DNA from: Euprymna scolopes
Lineage: Eukaryota
Strand: one strand, 5' to 3'
DNA: 64,000 nucleotides
NCBI GenBank assembly: GCA_053919585.1
Contig: CM132828.1
Part shown: positions 57,232 to 64,000 of the stretch, one piece after another
Numbering within the stretch: the first letter of the stretch is position 1
How the letters are laid out: every line of letters starts with the position of its first letter
The notes under the pieces: model-generated
Told to the model about the DNA's origin: nothing
Databases searched by the model: none
Seen by the model: the letters and a program-made list of their open reading frames with translations, nothing else
Translations under genes and position numbers: made by a program

Positions 57232-57493
57232 TGTGCCTAAACCTAATCGTAGATTCCATGAACAAAGCTTCTTTCTTAGAACTGCACGCCTGTGGAACTC
57301 TTTTCCGTCTGCCTGCTTCCCACTGGACTACAACTTGGATGTGTTCAAGTCCAACGTTAATAAATTCCTAATGAACCGCCCCCTTAAGTAAACACTTAAT
57401 CAAATCTCCACACTAACGTAATGTACTTGCAATAACCCTTATCCCTGAGTGGCTTCCGGGCCTTGATAAGTGGTGATCACTGTGTAAAAAAAA
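57232..57493 (+). mobile_element. 3' end of a CR1/L2-group LINE (ORF C-terminus, 3'UTR, A tail)
   Basis: SFFLRTARLWNSFPSACFPLDYNLDVFKSNVNKFL; the 3'UTR resembles 62376-62436 and ends in an A run. Confidence 0.82.
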
Positions 57494-59625
57494 AGCTACA
57501 AAGTCTATTTTGAGCTTCGTCTAGGCATCGTAAGCTGCTTTTAGCAGCTCCTGCCCAGATGTGGCAACAGTACTCCATCATTGGACGTACTTGGTTCTTA
57601 TATAGATAGCGAATTGCATCAGGAGTGAGATATCTACTGGAGTGGTATAAAGATCCCACCATTTTTCCAGCAACCTTGGGAACAGATTTGATGTACATGT
57701 TCCATTTTAGATGAGGAGTAAATGTCAAGCCCAGAAGTTTGTCAAAAAGTGGGGCCTCCCCAAGACGGGAGCCATTCATTTCAATTGATGCCAGATAGGG
57801 ATCAGAGCGTTGATGATATAAAGATAGAAGCTTGGTTTTAGATGCATTAAAAGTAACCAGCTAGTTCTTTCCCCATTGGACTACGTACTCAAGATAAGAG
57901 GAAAGAGATGCGTTGCCATGGATGGTAGTGTCGTCAGCATAAATGTCTATGAATGATGTAAGTATGTGTTTTGGGAGATCATTGATGTAGATCAAGAAGA
58001 GAGTTGGACCAAGGATGGACCCCTGAGGAACTCCAGCATTAATACTGAGAGCTTCCAATTTCTGCCCATCAACCACTACTCTTACGAACCTAGGTGAGGG
58101 AAATGATTTAATAATAGAGAAAACATTTCCAGCTATACTCTAGCTTAAAATCTCGTAAAGTAGGCTTTTATGCCATACACTATCAAAGGCCTTTGATATA
58201 TCAAGACCAATTGCCCTAGAATAGAAGCCTTTGAAGAGAGATTCGCTAATCTTATGAGATATAACCGTTAGCACATCTGCTGTAGATCTTGCAAAGTGGA
58301 AACCATATTGCATGTCACTAAGAAGGTTGTTTTTGTTGAGGTGGTTGACTACTTCATTATTTAACATGGATTCTAGCTTCTTACTCATAACGCACAGGAG
58401 ACTTATTGGTCTGTACTGAGAGGAAAATGACCGATTACCTTAATTCTTAAATACAAGGTTTTCCAGGGTGTTGGGAAGCAATTCTTTTTAAGACAATGCT
58501 TAAACAGTTTTATAAGTATGGGAGCTCTTTCTGGTTGCAACTTTTCCAACACTAATTGTAATGCTGTACGGGCCAGTTGCTTTATTGGATTCAAGGTTCT
58601 TGATTAGCTTGTCAACATTATGCACAGATATTTGTATGTCGCATAGCATGTTTTCTGTTACAGGAGGAAATACGGGAGGATGGATGACCTTGATAGAATT
58701 ACCTGCAAAGTTCTGGGCAAAGAGTTTGCCTTTGTTTATGCTAAGGAAATTACCTCAGGTCCATTGATTATGGTTGGGATAGAACACGCACTTCTGTTCA
58801 GGACGGTGTTTGCTATTTGCCAAAACTGGTGGGAACCTAGCCGCTGCTCAGCTACTTTGGTTTGAACAGACTGAGCATACAACTCTCTTGCATTTTTTAT
58901 TACTCTTTTACAGTGGTTGCTGGCAGTCCTGAAGGCGGCTTCAGTCTCAGTACATATATTACATTGCAAGCAATGGAAAAAGTGATTTCTGAGCATTATG
59001 GCAGCAGCACATTCTGGAGAGAACCATGCCTGGCTGTTGGGTTTTTGCTGGAATATTTTTGAGGGTATGAAGCTGTCTATATCTACCATTAACCATTTTG
59101 CCAGGTTTGATACAATAGAGGACACATCCTTTTTAAACAGAGCACAGAGGTAGATCAGATAAATGTACAAAAGCTATCCCAGTCAGTCATAGAGTATCGA
59201 TATACTATACGATGGAGAGGTACGTCTGAGGACTTATTGTATGTCATTTTAATCTTCACTGATACAACCGAGTGATCAGAGGATCCCAGTGGAGACAGAA
59301 TAGAAGATGAACATAGCTTATGGCAAGTTGTGAGAAAAATGTCGGGCACACAGGTGGGGTCATGAACAATCTGAGTGAGGTCATAAGCAATGGAGAAATC
59401 GTTGCAAAACCTCCCCTATTCATCTGTCTTATTTGAGTGGGTTAACCATTCTATATTGTGGAGTTTCATTGAAGTTTCCACAGATGTGAATGTTAGCAGA
59501 AGCCAATTTTCTCAGATATGCTCTTAAAAAGTGTATTGTGGAGCCGATAGAGGACACATATAAATGCAATGGTGTGAGCAAGTGCAACCTAAAAGCACAT
59601 ATAGAATAAATCAGGGTCTAAGCGA
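57494..59625 (-). mobile_element. Decayed CR1/L2-group (Crack/Daphne-like) LINE with APE endonuclease and RT
   Basis: LGSSDH, WFSPECA, QYGF..ARST, LDISKAFDSVWH, GVPQGSILGPTLFLIYINDL, YADD and EYCCHIWAG, split over frameshifted ORFs. Confidence 0.92.
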
Positions 59626-59699
59626 AACTAGCATCGGATCAACTATTTCCCTAGATGAGTTCATAGTTAAAGAATACTCTAACTTCCAAATCTGACCCC

Positions 59700-62436
59700 C
59701 AAGATCGCCATGGGCATGGAATATATGCCTATATTAAAGATGGCGTTCCATGTGGGAGGGACATCTCGAGAGAAGACCCTATTTTTTTCTTTATGTGTTT
59801 CTGGACTGAACTTGCTCACACTACTGCATTTGCTCTTTATCGCCCCTACAACAGTGGAGTTACTATCTTTAAAAGCATATCTGAGAAAATTGACCAAATC
59901 CTGTCTGCTCATCTTTCAGCTAACATTCACGTCTGTGGAAACTTCAATGTTCACAGTGGAATGGTTAACCTAATCAAACAAGACATATGATAAGGAGATG
60001 TTCTGTCATGCTTTCTCCATTGTTTATGACCTAACTAAGACTCTTCACGAACCAACCTGTGTGCCTGATACCGACGGTCAGTATGCAAGTGTCCTAGACC
60101 TTTTTTTCACAACTTGCCTAAGCTATGTTCATCTTCCATTCCGTCTCCACTGGGATCTTTCGACCATACAGTTAATATAAAAATGAAATATAATAAGTCC
60201 TTAGACGTATATCGATACACTTTGGCTGACTGGGATATCTTCCGTACATTTATATTTGGTCTCCTCTGCGTCCCATGTTTAATATGGATGTATCCTCTCA
60301 GACCTGACAGAATGGTTAATTGTAAGTATAGACCATTTCGTTCACTCAAAAAATGTCAGCAAAAACCTTACAGAAACCGTGGTTCTCTCCAGAATGTGCT
60401 TCTGCTATAGCGTACAGAAATCACTTGTTCTATTGCTTCCAAAGTAATAAATGTACTGAGACTAAAGCCGCATCCAGGACTGTCAGCAACCACAGTAAAA
60501 GCATAATAAAGAACCCAAAAGAGTGGTATACTCAGTCTGTCAAGTCCAAAGTAGCTGAGCACCGACTTGGTTCCCACCAGTTTTGACAAATAGTAAACAG
60601 GATCCTGAACATTAGCGCGTGCTCTATGCCAGCTACCATCACTGGAACTGAGGTAATCTCGTCAACATCACACAAAGCCAAACCCTTTGCCAAAAACTTT
60701 GCAGCTAATTCTACCCTATGTGATCAAGGCCGCCAACCCCCAGGATTCCCACCTGTGTCAGAAAACACTCTATGCGACATACAAATATCTGTGCATGATG
60801 TTGCCAATCTAATCAAGAACCTTGATTCCAGCAAAACAACTGACCCTCACAGCATTCCTATTATAGTGTTGAAAAAGCTTCAACCTGGAAGAGCTCCCAT
60901 ACATATAAAGCTGTTTAAGCATTATCTTACGAAGAATTACTTCCCAACACCCTGTAAAACCGCGGCAGTATGCCCTGTATTTAAGAATTCAGGTGATTGG
61001 TCATCTTTCTCTCAGTACAGACCTATGTCTCATGTGCATCATGAGTAAGTTGCTGGAATCTGTGTTAAATAGAAAAGTAGTCAACCAACTCAGCAAAAAT
61101 AAACTTCTTAGTGACATACAATATGGTTTTCGTTCTGCTAGATCTACAGCAGATGTGCTACCAGTTATATTTCATAATATTAGCGAATCTCTTGAGAGAG
61201 GCTTACTTTGTAGGGCAGCTGTTCTTGACATAGCAAAGGCAAATGATAGAGTATGGCATAATAGTCTATGGCACAAGATTTCCAGTTACAGTATAGCTGG
61301 AAATGTTTTCTCTATTATTAAATAATTTCTCTCTGATAAGTTCATAAGAGTAGTGGTTGATGGGCATACATCAGAAGCTCATAGTATTAATGCTTGAGTC
61401 CCTCCTTGGCCCAACTGTCTTCATAATCTACATCAATCATCTTCCAAATCATATCCTTAGATCATTTGTAGACATTTATGCAAAGGACACTATCGTATAT
61501 GGCAGTACATCAAAGACTGTAAACGACCACGTTGTCTCTGATCCTCTCTCCTCTGATCTTGAGCATATGGTACAATGGGGAAAGAGGTGGCTGGTTATTT
61601 TTAATGCATCTAAAACCAAGCTTCGATCTGTATATCAGGAACACTCTGATCCCCATCTGTCATCAATTGAAATGAATGGCTCTCATCTTAGGGAGACCCC
61701 ACTTTTTGACAAATTTCTGGGATTGACCTTTACTCTTCATCTGAAATGGAACATGTACATCAAATCTGTTCCCAAGATCACTGGTCAAATGGTGGAATCC
61801 TTATACCACTCAAGTAGATATCTCACTCCTAATGCAATTCCCTTTCTATGTAAGAGCCAGGTTGTCCACGGATGGAGTATTGTTGCCACAAGTGGGCAGT
61901 AGGTGCTAGAAAAGACTTATCCTGCCTTTATGGAGTTCAAAATAGACTTTTTAGCCTCATACTGGGGATGGCATTTTATCTTCCACACAACCTCTTTCTC
62001 ACTGAAGAGACGGTATGAGCTTGTCTCTGTTTTATCATTATTTTATGACAATTGCTCATTTGAGCTGCTGTCTATAGCCTCCCCTCGCCAAACTTTCAGG
62101 AGAAACACGTGCCTTACTGTAAACACTATCAATAATTTTCTCCTCTCTTTATCTGTGCCCAAACCGAAATGCAGATTCCAAGAATAAAGTTTCATCCTTG
62201 GAACTGCACACCTGTGAAACTCTTTTCCATTTCCCTGCTTTCCGGCTGGCTATAATATGGTCATTATCAAGTTCAATGTAAACAAATTCTTGATGACCCG
62301 TTCCTCTTAATCCAATTAATCAAATGTGCACTAACAATTATTATGAAATTGTCGTATTGACCACTGTATGCTTACTAACCCCTATCCCCCAGTGGCCTCT
62401 TGGCCTTGATAAATGGTGACTCCTTTGCAGAAAAAA
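59700..62436 (+). mobile_element. Decayed copy of the same LINE family, endonuclease through 3'UTR
   Basis: HVCGNFNVH, LDLFFT, LGSFDH, QYGFRSARST, LDIAKANDRVWH, LGPTVFIIYINHL; many stops and frameshifts; short A tail. Confidence 0.92.
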
Positions 62437-62505
62437 CATAAATCAAACGTAGGTATATAAAATTTCAAACGTACAATTTTCAATGACTCAAAAAAATTAT
62501 AATAA

Positions 62506-63378
62506 TTTTTTTTTTTTTTTTTTTTTTTAATTCAATTTTCACCCCAAACAAGGCACAGTGCCACTTTGAAGCAGGGGGCTACTATTAGGGAATTAATTAG
62601 CGGGGTCATTATGAAGGGAGAAGAGTAGAAAGATGTTTGTTAACATTACACTTGAACTTCTGCATATCATTGCAGTTGGGAAAGCAGAATCCCGGAAGGG
62701 AGTTCCAAAGACCCGCAGTTCTGGGGAAGAAACTATTGGAGTAAAAGGCTTTCTTGCACCTAGGGATCTCCACTGTAAAGGGATGAGACTTAGTAGCTTG
62801 TCGGGTTTGTCGGGGGTAGTTACGTCGGGGAGGTACAAGTGTTTGCAGTTCGTCAGAGCATTCACCATTAAAGTATTTGTAGAACAGGCAGAGGGATGCA
62901 ACATCTCGTCGATGGGACAGAGGTTGAAGCCCAGATGACAGTTCAGGACCTATCAGGTTTGCGACTCTTTTTTGAACCCTGTCCAGGAGCGAGAGACAAG
63001 CAGCAGATGCACCAGCCCAGATGTGACAACAGTACTCCATACATGGGCGAATGGTTGCCTTATAGAGGTATAGGATACTGGCAGGCGTAAGTAGTTTTCT
63101 AGCACGGTAGAGGGAGCCAACCTTCCTTGCAGCAGCCTTGGCAATGCTCTCAATGTATCTATTCCAGTTCATATTCCCTGTAAACGTTAGGCCGAGGAGT
63201 TTAAAAGAAGTACTTTCAGGCAATGTGTTCTTGGCCATTGCTATTGGTGGTAGAGAAGGTTTCTTGTAGTTATTGAAGGAAACAAGCTTAGTCTTAGCAG
63301 CATTGAATGAGACCAACCATTTTTGTCCCCATTCCACTACGGATTGGAGGTCATCCTCTAGTGTTTCTGCCATTTTCT
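62506..63378 (-). mobile_element. 5'-truncated, apparently younger CR1/L2-group LINE of a different subfamily
   Basis: Open 254-aa frame (FNAAKT, LLGL, EYCCHIWAG, LSHRRDVASLCLFYKY, SFFPRTAGLWNSLP), short 3'UTR and a 23-nt poly(A) tail seen as T 62506-62528. Confidence 0.92.
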
Positions 63379-64000
63379 TGGATATGTGTTCATTTGTTTT
63401 TAAAACTTTTCTTAAACTTGAAAAAATATATTAATTATTGTGGGGAAACAACTTAAAAAAACAACTGTTACACACTATGAAAAACTGTCACAAACTATTA
63501 AAAACTTGGGTCGCAAATTTAAATCCAACAGTTTTCAACACTTTGTAAGAACATATTCTGTGGAGATCATAAAATTCTGTAAAGTTTCTTCCGTGAACAA
63601 CTTGTGCTCTAGTTCTAATTAAATAACTTTACACCTCTTAAGTTTGCACTTTATAAACCACACACAAAAATCACCTAACAATGAAGTACAACCGCACAAT
63701 ATATATATTGTCTGATTATTATGTGAAGATGAATTAGTATTGATACAACACATAAACATTTTAAAGGTCAATCGGTTTGGCAGGTAAATTGTTACACACT
63801 CCTATACACATAATACAAATTATCCAAGATACTATTGGTCTATTTTCTAAACAACTCTTACATCATTACAAATTTTATGACGTCGTACCATCAGGCATGA
63901 ACATCATAAACCACATGCAAAATGGATAGTTGCAGTTGAAAAAAGAGAACTAAGCTTTGTCAATCTGGACATTAGCAACGATTTATTCCAACGACGCCTG

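Noticed and set aside
63380-64000. Possible transposase remnant
   Set aside because: No interpretable motif in the frames I could read.

Overview
AT-rich eukaryotic (probably invertebrate animal) DNA that is mostly repetitive. The one convincing host-type gene is a 10-finger C2H2 zinc-finger ORF (735-1604) with decayed fingers on both sides. About 62% of the window (5372-44812) is one head-to-tail satellite of a 43-bp monomer (~920 copies). It has nested higher-order structure, including a near-perfect 12,578-bp tandem duplication, and it is not a CRISPR array. The last 19 kb is a pile-up of retroelements: an R4/Dong-type fragment, a decayed Mag-type Gypsy element (tRNA-Leu PBS, 5' part tandemly duplicated), a clean 435-bp solo LTR with a 5-bp TSD, a Penelope-type inverted-repeat remnant with hammerhead-ribozyme cores, and several CR1/L2-group LINEs, two of them head-to-head. 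Everything was read by eye, so copy numbers and boundaries are approximate. I see no clearly new enzymatic system. The best leads are the satellite architecture, its speculative link to the neighbouring zinc-finger array, and the paired ribozyme element.
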